A stretch of 63,596 nucleotides of DNA, counting the filler, from Octopus bimaculoides (lineage: Eukaryota): NCBI RefSeq assembly GCF_001194135.2. It is 8 parts of 8 records of this genome, joined end to end, with 100 filler letters (N's around TTAATTAATTAA, not from the genome) between each part and the next. Parts side by side here need not be neighbours in the genome. Positions count along the whole stretch, not along the records: positions 25,487 to 32,481 come from NC_068990.1; positions 32,582 to 36,092 come from NC_069010.1; positions 36,193 to 41,738 come from NC_069000.1; 5 more parts are not named here. The stretch is one strand, 5' to 3'. Shown here one piece after another: positions 25,387 to 39,110 of the stretch. A program made the position numbers and the translations under genes. Position 1 is the first letter of the stretch; every line of letters starts with the position of its first letter. A model generated the notes under the pieces. That model saw nothing but the letters and a program-made list of their open reading frames with translations. It searched no databases and was not told where the DNA came from.

Positions 25387-25486
25387 NNNNNNNNNNNNNN
25401 NNNNNNNNNNNNNNNNNNNNNNNNNNNNNNTTAATTAATTAANNNNNNNNNNNNNNNNNNNNNNNNNNNNNNNNNNNNNNNNNNNN

Positions 25487-25529
<43 letters not shown>

Positions 25530-26347
25530 CATATACATATACATATGCATATATATACACAAACGCTGAATACACGCAGCAGACATACACCTATATGCAT
25601 TCGAAGTAATACATATAACGCTCTCATATAGTGAAGCATACACAATATAACATACTTCTACACAAATGCCTGTGTGTATGTGTGCGCGCGCACGTGTGTG
25701 TCTGTGCGTGTCTGTGTGTGTGCATGGGTGTATGTTAGTGTGTGTGCGTGAAGACTGGCAAATAAACACACAAACAATCCACTTTCAAAAGATCGGCACA
25801 TTTTTAGAAAATAATTTCTCCCCTCCTTCTCCGACGCGCACACGCACATACACATGCACACACTCACGCACGTACGTTCACACTCTTGCACTCTTACACA
25901 CTTATACACATTCTTTCATGCGCACCTCGATGTTATAAATTGCTGCACATACAAACACACACACGTTAATGTACTCTTCATACTTATAAATTGCCATACA
26001 CAAACACACAAGCACACAAACATATATTCATGGACATCCAAACACACATAACAATTGTGTGTTCTTTGATTTTTTGTCGTCATTGTTTGTGTTTTTTTTT
26101 TACTTTCAACCCAACTTCTCCACCCATAGCGCACCCCCAGCTTCAATACAAATCTTTTTTCTCTCTGTCAGTTTTTTTTTTTAGATTACTCCGTTGTTTT
26201 TCTTTTTTCTTTCTTTCCTTTCTTTTTTGGAAAAGTGAGGGTTCCATTTTATTTCAACTGTACATGCCTGACACTATTTTAGGCATTCGTACAGAATTTC
26301 ATACACACACACACAAACATTTACACATGCACGCACACACACGCGCG

Positions 26348-26395
<48 letters not shown>

Positions 26396-29300
26396 NNNNN
26401 NNNNNNNNNNNNNNNNNNNNNNNNNNNNNNNNNNNNNNNNNNNNNNNNNNNNNNNNNNNNNNNNNNNNNNNNNNNNNNNNNNNNNNNNNNNNNNNNNNNN
26501 NNNNNNNNNNNNNNNNNNNNNNNNNNNNNNNNNNNNNNNNNNNNNNNNNNNNNNNNNNNNNNNNNNNNNNNNNNNNNNNNNNNNNNNNNNNNNNNNNNNN
26601 NNNNNNNNNNNNNNNNNNNNNNNNNNNNNNNNNNNNNNNATATATATACATATATATATATACATATATATATATGCACACAAGCATACATACATTTACT
26701 ATAATGCAGATAGATGCATCATTCAAAATGATTGTTTCTTTCCTATGATTCTTCAATCTCAACCATAACGTCAAACAAAATAAAAGTACAAAAAAAAATA
26801 ATACAAACAAATTGACAGGCAGCTATTTTTTATTCTCTCCTGCCCATTCCAAGTAGCAATCGTTTATTTGTCTTCAAAATTCAATTCCACCGTCCATTCT
26901 ACAATTTTCTGGTCACTACCTTACCAATATGATGTAAAGGAAAACAACCAAAAAAATATCCCATTCTTTATTTTTGTTTTCGAGATATTTTTCGCTTTCA
27001 AAACCATTATTTTTGTTTTGTTTTTTAGTGATTGTTGTTCTTATTGTTATCACTGTTTTCATTGTTGTTGACTTTGTTGTTGATGTTGTTTTTTTTCTTG
27101 TTATTCCTGTTAATCTTGTTGTTTGGTAACCATGTTGTGCTCTACTTCTGCAGACCTATGTCACGTAGTTAGCCAGTTGAATACCTAAGAAATAATTCCA
27201 ACGTCTTGTTCCCATCGAACCACCAGACATGCCCGAGACAGAATATCTGAGATATCAGCACTGGGCTGATATTCAATGCCTGATCTGCCATTCTGTGGCA
27301 GGCAGGCATGCAATTTATAAGAGATTTCTATAACTTCAAATATTTTGGTCAAATTATTTTAGTAAATAGTTCGCTATTTGCAGTTTGGAGATTTACACAG
27401 AAAAGTACGTAGCTTGAAGAACAACGAAGAAGTACTTTCTTTTTATCTTGAGAGATGTGATACGATTGAGCTAATGTTATTGTTATGCAACCCCAAGATA
27501 AAGCTTAATTCAAGAGACGTATAAACTGTGATATTCCATCTGTGATTACATTGTTGAATGCGATGTTATTATTTTAAAATATTACAGTTGGTCTGAAAGA
27601 ATTTTGAAGACTGTATCTGTTTGACCCATGTATCATGTAGAGACATTCCACATTTGCTTATTGTGGTGAAAAGTTATATAGCGTAGCTAAATGCAACAAG
27701 TCTGGAGCTTCTGAAGTTTTGTGGGATTTTGGCTCTGAAACTAAAAATGGGTAGAATCCTCGGCATAATAATGAGTGAGATTTCATTCATTGAAAATCAA
27801 GTTTTCCATGCATAAATTTCCCTCTTCCATGCCAACTCTGCAATATACGAAAAAAGACAAACGCGAGTACAGCGTTGTCACCGGGGTTGCTGCTAAAGCA
27901 CAGAGCCAGAAGAGAAAACACAATGCACCTTGTTCAACAACAAATCTCACTACCAACGATCCATGAAATATTAGTGACGTACATGCCTGGTATGTGGAGT
28001 TGGACGCCTACCACTGAAAGAAACCAGTACGCTAAAATCATGTGATCTGGCAGTCCCAGTGCCCATATCAAACCTTTCTCGTCCACAACGATATATATAT
28101 GTGTTCTTAGTACCGTATGTCAATTTGAGAGAACTTCACACACACACACACACACACACACATATGTAGATTCACAAATTTGTGCATTCATATTTATATA
28201 CGCATATAAAAATGTGAATTTTTGCTGTCTAATTAATAAACCAATTAGAAAAGAATTCTACTTAAGTTGTAAAGCTTTATAATGGCTGAATAAAGATATG
28301 GACACTGTATCACCAGCAGAAAATGGATGTAAAATAAATGATAATGTTCGTGAGTGCCTGGTCATTGTTGATACTTACATCACACGGAATGAGGTTATAA
28401 ACAAAGAAATGCATGTTCAGCCATAGTTATACAGAACAACTCAATCTTTTAATCTTGGAAAATATGCTAATATATTTTGAAAATATATTGTTGACACTAA
28501 ATGATTTTTAATTTATTTTGCTAATTTTATAGTAGTACTTGCATTTAGTAACTGGTAACTGACTTGTTTATATAAGTGTCCATTTTACTCATGGGTATAT
28601 TATAATTTAATGCCGCAATTATAAAAGAAAATCTAATTAAAAACTATTATAGGGTAACATAGAGTATTAGGAAGTATGTAATGTTTTATTAATCTAGAAA
28701 ATACAGTAAACAACCCCTTCTGGATGTTTTGGTGTTAACAAACCTCTTCAGTGATGTATTGCTTCCACAGTGAAGCATTAAACTGTTGTTCACAAACTGG
28801 CATAAAAGGTTAATATAATTTGGAGAATAAATTTTCCATAGAAATTTTTCATTCATGCTACCTTCATGAAAAACAATTTATTCTCTCATGATGTCTCTAA
28901 TGGATTCTTTAGTGTTATAATGGAAATTATTTTAAAATTGAACTCTGATATAATCTTTAAACATTTCAAAATTTACACTCCAATTTCATCCTAGCTCTTT
29001 TCTAACTGCTTCCGTAGTTTTTTAATAGAATATTTTAGCAACTGTAGAAACTAACCGACTTCACACTTTGAACTGGCTTCACAGTATGACAGAGCTCATA
29101 TGTTTTATTAGTTTTATTTTTTTATTGGCTTCACCATTCTACAGGTTCACATTACAAGCTAATTTCACATTTCTAGAGATCAACATTCATAAATGCCTGA
29201 ATATTTGTACAGACTAATACCTTCAAATAGCTTTCGAATTCTACAAACTCGCATTTCCACTTGGCTTCACATTTCTTTAGACCTAGAGTTCTATATATTT

Positions 29301-32210
29301 TTACTGATTTTATATTTTTAATTGATTGCTTAATTGCATGTTTGATAACTTACATTACTAATTCAGTTCAATTTTTTTACAAGCAAACAACTTTTCTAAA
29401 CGACATCACATTTCTGCACATGCACATTAGCTTCAAATTTGTACTAACGCACTTTTCTAAATGTCATCACTATTCTAAGTGGTTTTCTAGGTTTTCGAGT
29501 GCTGCATTATCAGTGTTTCATTATTTATTCGATATTTTATTTCTAAGTAATTTTATACTGGAAAGAATGGCATCTTCCTGTTGTCTTTTCTTCTAAAATT
29601 CCAATTCTGATTAATTCTCCATTTCTGTATTAGTATATTTCTAAAAAAATATATCCATTTCTACTTTTATTCCCCACAACACTAACAATGCATTATGTTT
29701 GCTAAGTGAATGTTCGTAGCTTCAATCAAACAGTCATTTTAGCATGAGTGAATAAAGAATAACTATTTCAAATATATCTAAATCATTATTTGTATTTAAT
29801 TTGTACAGAAACAATTTTTATTCAATCATGGAAAATTTAGCTTTTTATATAATTATATTTGTCTGTAAAAAATGTATGTAGTTCTTAATTTGGTATAGAC
29901 AATCCCGACATTAATATATAAATGAAATTTAAAAGCGTGTTGACTTTGAAAACTTATCATTCTTCAAACATAATCCAGAGCTGTCATTTGTTATTATTCC
30001 ATAGAATTTTATATCGCATCTTAAAGCGCTGTAAATAAAATTAATGGTAATATCATACGTAGTTCACACATCAGATATGCATTATAAATTCATCAGAGAA
30101 ATATGTTTTCTGTTGATGATTTAATTTTCAACACAATTGATACTGATTTATTGAAAGAATGTCAACTGAATTTTGAGAAAAACAACACTATAATTTGGTT
30201 TTGTATTTATATGGTAATCTATTGCTAAAGTTCCAGGACAGGTTGAAGTTTTGGTTAAGTGAATTTAGTTATATTTTTATAGCTTGCTAAAATTGGTAAG
30301 AAGCATTATAACAAAAATATTCCAGTATGGTCCTTATGGATGCTGAATAAATGTTAACTCGATTGAGAAATAACTGAAACAATTCCCCAACTATAGAACA
30401 ACGCTGTAATTCATTTGAAAGTTAAAAGTCTACTGGCGTTCCCACTTATTCTAAATAAATGAAATATTGCATATAAAGAAAGACTGACATTTGATTATTC
30501 AGATAAGCTTGTGATTTCTCTTTCATATTTCTTTCCTTTTTGTTTGAATTCATCTCATACAAAGCATATTTATTCAAAGGAGTCCGACTGGTTGTACCTG
30601 TCTATACATAAGTAATCATGTTAAAGATTCATTCGGTCAATGTTTGAAATGTATAAGCAAGCATATTCTTATCTGGCAAAAGGGAAGGGAAGTAGCGTCA
30701 ACTGTTAATTTTTCCTTTGACATTTTTTCCCATTGGGGAATTGTCGAAATATGATGTACAATTTGGCCTATTACACTGTCCAGAGAAAAGGTCAAAGAGT
30801 AAACTTGGAGCATATTGAGTTCATATATAACTGTAAATACATCACTTCCCTAGAGGAACAAATTCAAAGAGGAGTTTACTGCCAGAACAATATGATTTTT
30901 ATTCATATCATGCTGTACCAGGTTGTTACTAATATATATGCATATGCATATATAACTGCATGAAAGCACTACCCATGATCGTAGACTTATGACCAAGTCA
31001 AAGGTAAACGGACAGAAGTTATAAATCATGTTGTGCTGACGCTATCCTTGCACACAATGATTTTTCTTCCCTCTTTATATTGATTGCTTTTTATTTTTAT
31101 ATTAATTTCGTACTTCTTGGTTTTTTTTTTTTACAAATTAGAAGAAACTTACAGCTTGTCTTTCAGTGCTGCCATTATGTACAAAGAGACGGAAAACTTT
31201 CAAAGTATGGATGGAATGTGGTTATAGCAACTTGCCTTTCCCGGTACTTGTTTGAAAGCGGAAAGATGACTAACAGATAATGAAATTAGAAAAAAAATTT
31301 GGAATTGTTGACAATGCTGCTCTATGAGGAATATATATAACGTGGTTGGATTTTAGATTGCCTCATTTCTTTGATATTCTTTCATTAAAGCGAAGCCAAA
31401 TGTTAAGGGTCGGTGCAAAAGACTTTTCAATTTTACTTTTGAGCAGAAGACAGTGGTGGACATAGTTTCTCTTTTATTTTTCTGCTCTTGCAACGGGACA
31501 TGGTTGGATTTCAAATACATTTACATACATATTTATATGCATGCATAGTTTACAACAGCGTGCATAGTACAGGAATAAATAAATAATTATATATATATAT
31601 ATATATATGTGTGTGGGGGGGGGGTGCGTGTGTGTGTGTGTGTGTGTGTGTTTGTGTGTGTGAAAGGATGAATGGCTGGGTGGTTGTTGGTTGGATGAGT
31701 GCGTATGTATATATATTTGTATATATTCCCATAAGCGCAGGCATGGTTGAGTATTTAGGAAGTTCGTTTCGAAGAGACGTGGTTTCAAGTTCGATTCTTG
31801 AGTAAGGTACACGAAGCAGGTGTCTTCTACTGTTATGTTGCATTAAAATGTGTTGTAAGTGAAATGAGGCGCACATACACACACATTCATAGATACACAT
31901 ACACACACATGCACACATACACGTATACAAACACAGGCTCATACCTATAAATGATTGCTTTATGTGATGTATACAAAACTATTTAACCTGAAACTGAAGG
32001 ATTATTCAATTCATTTTAGAGAACATTTATCAATTTCGCAGGATAAGTTCGAGAGAGGCTTCAAAGTTATGGATGCTCAACTTCATCAGACTAGCCTCAT
32101 ATATATATATAATTTAAATAATAAGGCTGATAAATTGGATATTAATTTAATTAATACCAATTTAAAACCAGTGGCCTAGCATAAAGAAAATTCTGAAAAT
32201 TCAGAAGAAT

Positions 32211-32477
32211 TATATTACATACATATGAGAAGGGATGACCACTAGGTGGACATCCTTAATGCTAGAGATAGACTATCTACGGTCAAACGACAAAAGAAAA
32301 GAATGTTCTCTAGGGAAATTCAGCGCACACCAGAACATGAACGGGCAAAACAAATGAAAATATTCAAAGTAAAGAATTCTTTACTTTGAATATTTTGTGG
32401 TTTGACCGTAGATGGTCTATCTCTACCATAAAGGATGTCCACTTAGTGGTCAACCCTTCTCATATGTATGTAATATA
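32211..32477. mobile_element. Foldback/MITE-like element with ~85-bp inverted arms and an internal perfect 40-bp palindrome
   Basis: TATATTACATACATATGAGAAGGG..GGTCAAAC / GTTTGACC..CCCTTCTCATATGTATGTAATATA; palindrome at 32357-32396. Confidence 0.8.
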
Positions 32478-33254
32478 TATANNNNNNNNNNNNNNNNNNN
32501 NNNNNNNNNNNNNNNNNNNNNNNNNTTAATTAATTAANNNNNNNNNNNNNNNNNNNNNNNNNNNNNNNNNNNNNNNNNNNNTATATATATTGATATATAT
32601 ATATATTGATATATACATATATACATATTGATATGGCGTACGACTTCTCGTTGTCACTGTTATATCTGAACTGTTGTAATATCAAACGTTCCTGATGTTT
32701 TCTTATGACTCTCCAACTGTATATCCTCAACAAGTAGGTTAAACTTGGATAACTCTTTGTGCGTGTTTATTGTTAACAGCTTGGAACACTATATATATGT
32801 GTGTTGTATGGGGAATCTGTACACCCCTCTGATTGGCTAAGTGAACTATACTAGTTAATATAAATAAGTATGCGCAGAACAGCCTGAAAAGCTGTCATAT
32901 ACGCCATTTTGGAGGAATCAATAATATTAATATGCTAACATCTTTTTGTACGTACGTGCGTACATGGGGTGTGTGTCACACTCACTTCAAAGGAATACGT
33001 GAATGGCAAAGCGATAGAGAGGGGGACAGAGGGACAGTAAGAGAGAAATAGAGAGAGGGTGAGAGAGAGTGAAAGTTACAGTGAATGGTGATGGCATACG
33101 TTTTGTTTTTTTAAATGAGAGAGGAGATATGTATATATATATATATATATATATNNNNNNNNNNNNNNNNNNNNNNNNNNNNNNNNNNNNNNNNNNNNNN
33201 NNNNNNNNNNNNNNNNNNNNNNNNNNNNNNNNNNNNNNNNNNNNNNNNNNNNNN

Positions 33255-35793
33255 CTTCCCATCGCACGTAACTTAGCTCTGGCAATACTTCCCATGTGTT
33301 GGGAATAGACTCATATTTGATGGTTCTTTTTAAGGCATACCATTTGTTATTAATGATGGTACTGTTAGGGCATACCATTTGTTATTAATGATGGCACCTG
33401 TTAATGCCCGCTGTATCAACATCTCTCTATCCGCCTTCTGCATTCCTAAATCGCTAAAAGGGACGTATTGAGTTTCCAGCAGCCAGATCCCTGACTATGT
33501 AACTTATTTACCGTCAGTTTACAGGTAACCATCTTGTGGTCACTGTAGCTGACTAGAAAAAACTGTGGATACTCGGCTATTGACTTATCAGTTTCTCTAA
33601 CTAAAATCTTATCTAGATATGTTCTGGAAGTCCCGTCACTATTTGACCACGTCCAGTGTGGAGTGTTCGGGTGTTCCAACCTATATGGATCTGTTAGCTG
33701 AAAGTGACTTAGCAGATCCCGTAAGCCTGGGTACATTTTCTGTTCGTGTTCGAGCCAACACAATCTGAGTGTGCGTCACATATTGTGTTAAAGTCTCCTA
33801 ACAATACTAGCGAATGCGACGTGGCCAGGAACTTGCCAAGGTCACGAAAATATTCACTTTCCGGGCCCATAATATTGGGTGCATAAATAGTAACTAGCCT
33901 GATTATCTTGCCACAACNNNNNNNNNNNNNNNNNNNNNNNNNNNNNNNNNNNNNNNNNNNNNNNNNNNNNNNNNNNNNNNNNNNNNNNNNNNNNNNNNNN
34001 NNNNNNNNNNNNNNNNNNNNNNNNNNNNNNNNNNNNNNNNNNNNNNNNNNNNNNNNNNNNNNNNNNNNNNNNNNNNNNNNNNNNNNNNNNNNNNNNNNNN
34101 NNNNNNNNNNNNNNNNNNNNNNNNNNNNNNNNNNNNNNNNNNNNNNNNNNNNNNNNNNNNNNNNNNNNNNNNNNNNNNNNNNNNNNNNNNNNNNNNNNNN
34201 NNNNNNNNNNNNNNNNNNNNNNNNNNNNNNNNNNNNNNNNNNNNNNNNNNNNNNNNNNNNNNNNNNNNNNNNNNNNNNNNNNNNNNNNNNNNNNNNNNNN
34301 NNNNNNNNNNNNNNNNNNNNNNNNNNNNNNNNNNNTAATCAGGGCTGCCCTGTGGAGAGGGACCCTCCACCTTTTCTTGATATGGGGTCGGAGGTGGCAG
34401 GTCTTGGAAAATAGATTGGTTAAAATTCAGTCTCATTACTGACACAGACTTTCTATAAGAATTTAATAAAATATTATGAGTTATTTTGTCCATTTCATAT
34501 AGTTCATAATTTTTGTATTTGTCCGACAGTTCTGCTATCCTGGTGGCTAATTTTTTTGTTTTTATCTCTCATTATATCCTCATTTTTACTATGTAGTTCT
34601 ACAATCCCTCTGTCTGCTACTTCTTTACTTGTAATTTTTGGTTGGACAAATTTTGCTGTTTTTTTGGTCGTGGTTCTACATGTTTTGGTTGGTTTACATT
34701 TTCCATTTTTCTTTTACTAGTAACTTTCTTTTCTGTTTCTTTTTCTTCCTCCTCATCTTCGGATTCCTCCTCGCCTTCCTTACAATATTTTTTATATGGC
34801 CTAGCTGGCCACACTGAAAACATCGGGGTTTACGCCCCTCGACAAAAACGTTCAGGAACTCCTCCCCAACTTCTATTTTTTCTGGAAGCTGTTCCAATAT
34901 AGCCTGTTCTGTTTGATTGAACAGGCGGGCCGTGTGGCCGGTCCAATTTGCCTTTTCTGAAACGGTAGTCTGAAGTATTTTTATCTCATCTACTATTTCT
35001 GATAAGACTGCCGCCATCAACCACATAGGGTCGACTTTTGGATGTCTTCATACCCATGTATATTGCTATTAAAATTACGTCTTGTTTCCAAGGATTTCAC
35101 CGAGTGCAATTGTGCTGTTTCAATGATTTTTAGGTGTACCTCGATGGTACCGAACTTTTTCCTTCTGGCTTGATATATGATATCCTGCCAGATGGGCTTT
35201 AAACATTTCTTTACCTTCTCCTCGCTTACTCGCTCGATTTTTCTTTGTTTTTGCCAGTATGTCTTGAATATAATAGTTTTTTTCTTCTCTGTCAGTAAAA
35301 ACTCTTCTGGGGGTTGAACCTTGACAACGCCGTCTTGAATTATAATCATTAACAAATCACTTTTATTCGTCGAAAGTTGGCGAATTCTACTTCCAGCTGC
35401 AGACGCCAAAAATTCTTTTCTGTTTACCTCCGTTTCAATGCTTTTCAATTCGATGTTCCTCCTTGCAACGGGAGTTCTCGACAATGGTGGGAAATCGTTT
35501 TCAGACGAATCTGTGACATCTCTCAATAATATTTTTTCAACATTTTTGGTCTCTACATCTATCGAATCTTCATCAGATGAATACAGACTTTTTGGTATCT
35601 TGCCAGCAATGAATGTTTCCCCCCACAGGGGAAAACACAATAGTTTTTGAACAAAAACTATTATATAAATTTAAACAGGTACAGCAAATAAAACAGGCAA
35701 CAACACGGTAACAGCCAAAAGAAACTACACTTACTATATAGACGAAATTCGGTAATAATACCAACACTTCAAAATCACAGAGACGAAATACCA
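33255..35793 (-). mobile_element. Tx1/L1-clade LINE, 5' portion (ORF1 with CCHC knuckle, APE endonuclease); RT not assembled
   Basis: ORF1 pieces 35017-35640 and 34694-35026 (VFVEGRKPRCFQCGQLGHIK, with KYC in the shifted frame); endonuclease 33446-33763 (PHWTWSN..RTYLDKI..SDHKMV..WKLNTSLL); 35-bp tandem duplication at 33334/33369. Confidence 0.9.
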
Positions 35794-36092
35794 ATTTCTG
35801 TATTGCCCACGAGGGGGCTAAACATAGAATGGTACAAAACAACTGATTGGGATCAATAATGCGAATGGCTTACATAAAATACGACTTTAAAAATTTTATA
35901 AAATATAAAAAATCGAATGATATTAACATTACGTCAGACAACACAAATGAAGCGATGATCAGGCCACGCTCCGACCACACAAGCCCCGATCTATCGCTGG
36001 CACGTTTTTTTTTTCTTTTTTTCCGTCTATTCACACGGTTCCTTGCACGCACAATACTCGTGCAACATGCTTCCATCTCTTTTGGAACGTAC
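35794..36092 (-). mobile_element. 3' end of an upstream Tx1-like LINE copy
   Basis: TFQKRWKHVARVLCVQGTV* (36090-36031) resembles Tx1 ORF2 C-termini. The 3' UTR ends in TTTAGCCCCCTCGTGGGCAATACAGAAAT. Confidence 0.65.
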
Positions 36093-36194
36093 NNNNNNNN
36101 NNNNNNNNNNNNNNNNNNNNNNNNNNNNNNNNNNNNTTAATTAATTAANNNNNNNNNNNNNNNNNNNNNNNNNNNNNNNNNNNNNNNNNNNNTA

Positions 36195-36520
36195 TATATA
36201 TATATATATATATATCTTTCACTTGTTTCAATCATTGCACTGAATAAATTGACTTATTCGATCAGTTGATTTTGCCGAACCGCAAGCTTATGGAGACGTA
36301 AACGAACCAACACTAGTCGGCAAAGACATACAAGCATTTACATATGCATTCACACATACGATGGGCTTCCATACGGTTTCTGTCTACCAAATTCACTCAC
36401 AATGTTTTTGTTGGCTCGGGATTATAGTAGAAGATGCTTGTCCAAGGTGCTGCGCAGTGGGACTGAACCCGAAACCATGAGGTTGCAATGTGAGCTTCTT
36501 AACCACGAAGCCATACTCTT
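36195..36520 (-). mobile_element. SINE family B (diverged)
   Basis: Similar to 57858-58281. Confidence 0.75.
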
Positions 36521-36609
36521 ATTTACATCGCAGGATCATATCAAGGTGATTCGTCACCTATCATGTCCTCTTCTGGCCCTTATTAAAAAAGAAAAAATAT
36601 ATCAGTTTA

Positions 36610-37069
36610 AAATTTGGCTCAAGGCCGACTTCGGTGTAGGGGTGAAATCGATTATATCGACCCCAGTGTTCAATTGGTACTTATTTTATCGAACCCTCAA
36701 AAGAACGAAAGACAAAGTCGACCTCGGTGGAGTTTGCACTCAGAACGAAAAGTCAGAAGAAATGTCGCTAAGCACTTTTTCCGGCGTGGTTGCAAATGAG
36801 GCCAGCTCGCCGCCTTAAATATAAATAACGATATTGACCATGGTAAATATTGATATCAAATTTTGGCACAATGCCAGCAAGTTCGGGAGAGGGAGTAAGT
36901 CGATTACATCGGACCCAGTGTTCAGAGGGTGCTTATTTTATTGACCCAGAAAGGATGAAAGGCAAAGTCGGCCTCGACGGAATTTGAACCGAAGGCGTAA
37001 TGACGGACGAGATACCACCGCTAAGGATTTCACCCAGGCAAGCTAAAGATTCTGCTAGCGCGTCGCCTT
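36610..37069 (-). mobile_element. Two tandem SINE family A copies (36610-36816, 36857-37069)
   Basis: Reverse complement of the family A head, B-box and tail, occurring twice. Confidence 0.85.
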
Positions 37070-39110
37070 GACCGTAGTAAATATTACAACTCCTCTCTCT
37101 CGCTCGATCTTTCTTTCTTTATCTTCGTCTCTCTTTCTTTCTTTCTTTCTCTCTCTCTCTCTTTCTTTCTCTCCCTCTCTCTCTTTCTTTCTTTCTTCCT
37201 TCCTCTCCCTCTCTATTTCTTTATCTTCCTCTCTCTTTCTCCCTCTCTCTCCTCTTTCTCTCTCTCTCACACACACACACACACACGCATACACCTCCTG
37301 TTTGAAATGAACACAAGAAGCAAACCACGAAGCCAACAAGTATTTTTTTTTCTTTTCGTATTTTATTTTGCAGACCACATCTCTAAGTCGTATATTTTAA
37401 CGTGTGGCACTCAATTCATATATCTTAATATATGACATCTCCCCAAGTCATATTATAATCTATAATACTTACCCAAGTCATATATCTTAATCTACGACAC
37501 TCGCTTAGTCATCTTTAATAATCCGTGACAATTCGTAAGTATTATAGTAATATATCTTAGTTTTTTTATTCTCCTTCGTTAATTTTCTTTTGCAACTTCT
37601 AGAAATGTGTTTTTGTCTATAGTTTTTTTTTTCCTTCAAGTGCTCCAAAGCTATAGTAGTATCTGGTAGTCTAACGTCTCGTTGCTAACAACTGCACAAA
37701 TAACTTAAATCATCGGTTTTCAGACAATGCGACACGACACCGGCATGTTTGTCATGAAAATAACAAAAATTTAAAACAGCCGTCTATGCGTCCTACTTAA
37801 TGTATGCTTGATGTCGATAGGCCAGTTATTGTCACATTCGTCCTGAGATGGCATCTATTATGAACGCAACAAATATCAAGAAACAAAAATTCGCTCCAGT
37901 ATTTGGACTTTTTCAATGGTACATACTCGCAGCCGACCATATGCTTGGACGAGAAATCGTCGCCTTTGCTAGTGGAAAAAGTGACTAAAACATTCACTGA
38001 TGTTGGGAAGAACCGCCCGGCTGAATAAAAATTCCGTATACGCAACTAAGACAGTATTAAATTAAAATAGCCATCTATGTATCATACTTAATGTATACAT
38101 ACTATCAATAGATCAGTTACTGCGGTATTTGCCTTGGGATAGCATTTCTTATGGTCATATAAACTGAAATACAACATACGATGCCTTGATAACTATGTTC
38201 TTAGAACATTTATTGAATAAATGAGTTAGTACTTAATAATTTTCTGTTGTTAAAATTGTATTTGTTTATGGGCTAAAATATATAAATACCACTTTTCAAA
38301 TTAGTGATCTGTATACATAAAGTGTGTATATGTTGAAAGCCTTCTAAACTGCGATATTCGTCTTAAGAAAGTATCTCTTACAGACGTATAATGTTAAAAG
38401 CACAGAAAAATATCACCAGCAGGCGTAGGTTACCCAGTATTGGTGGTGAAATTGTTGGACCTAGATTTCTGCTTGTTAGCTTCGTCAACAGCAAATATCC
38501 ACGTCACCTCGTGTAAACATTGGCTGCTAGCTGATATAGCTAAATAGTAATTGAAATGGCACTGATGTCGCATTTAGCCTGATTTTCCTTTTATAATTTA
38601 TGTACAAAGTGCACCAAGATATTTCAATCTGTCCTGAAGTGTTTGTTATATATGTTTTTTTTTTTTTAATGGTAATCGCGGATTAGACATTAAAAGCGAA
38701 CAAGACTAATTCAAAAATTAACAAAGAGTGAATGAGGCTGTCTGCTTCCTGAAATATTATCTACACATGAAACTTTGTTCGGAAATGATTGGTTAACAGA
38801 ATAACTATTTAAAAGTTGTCTGCAGAAGAGACCAAACGAGAAAGCAAAAAGAAAGAGCACGTTATGTAAACGGTAGGAAAGAGTGGGTGTGAAGATTCAG
38901 AGAATTAGAAGTGAACTTATGAAATTAGAATCCGAACAGTGAGTTGATGATGTATTTGAAATTCAAATGTCCTTCTTTTCTAACTGAACAAATTCGCTTA
39001 CTGACATGGGAATATGAGAGGCCACTTGACCGACAAACAATTTCCAGAGTCAGTTAATCTCGTAAAACTTTGATTTATGTTTGACATACAACGTTTCGAA
39101 CGAAGGAAGT

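Noticed and set aside
28288-28416. 42-codon ATG ORF MDTVSPAENGCKINDNVRECLVIVDTYITRNEVINKEMHVQP
   Set aside because: Short, with no recognised homology; expected by chance.
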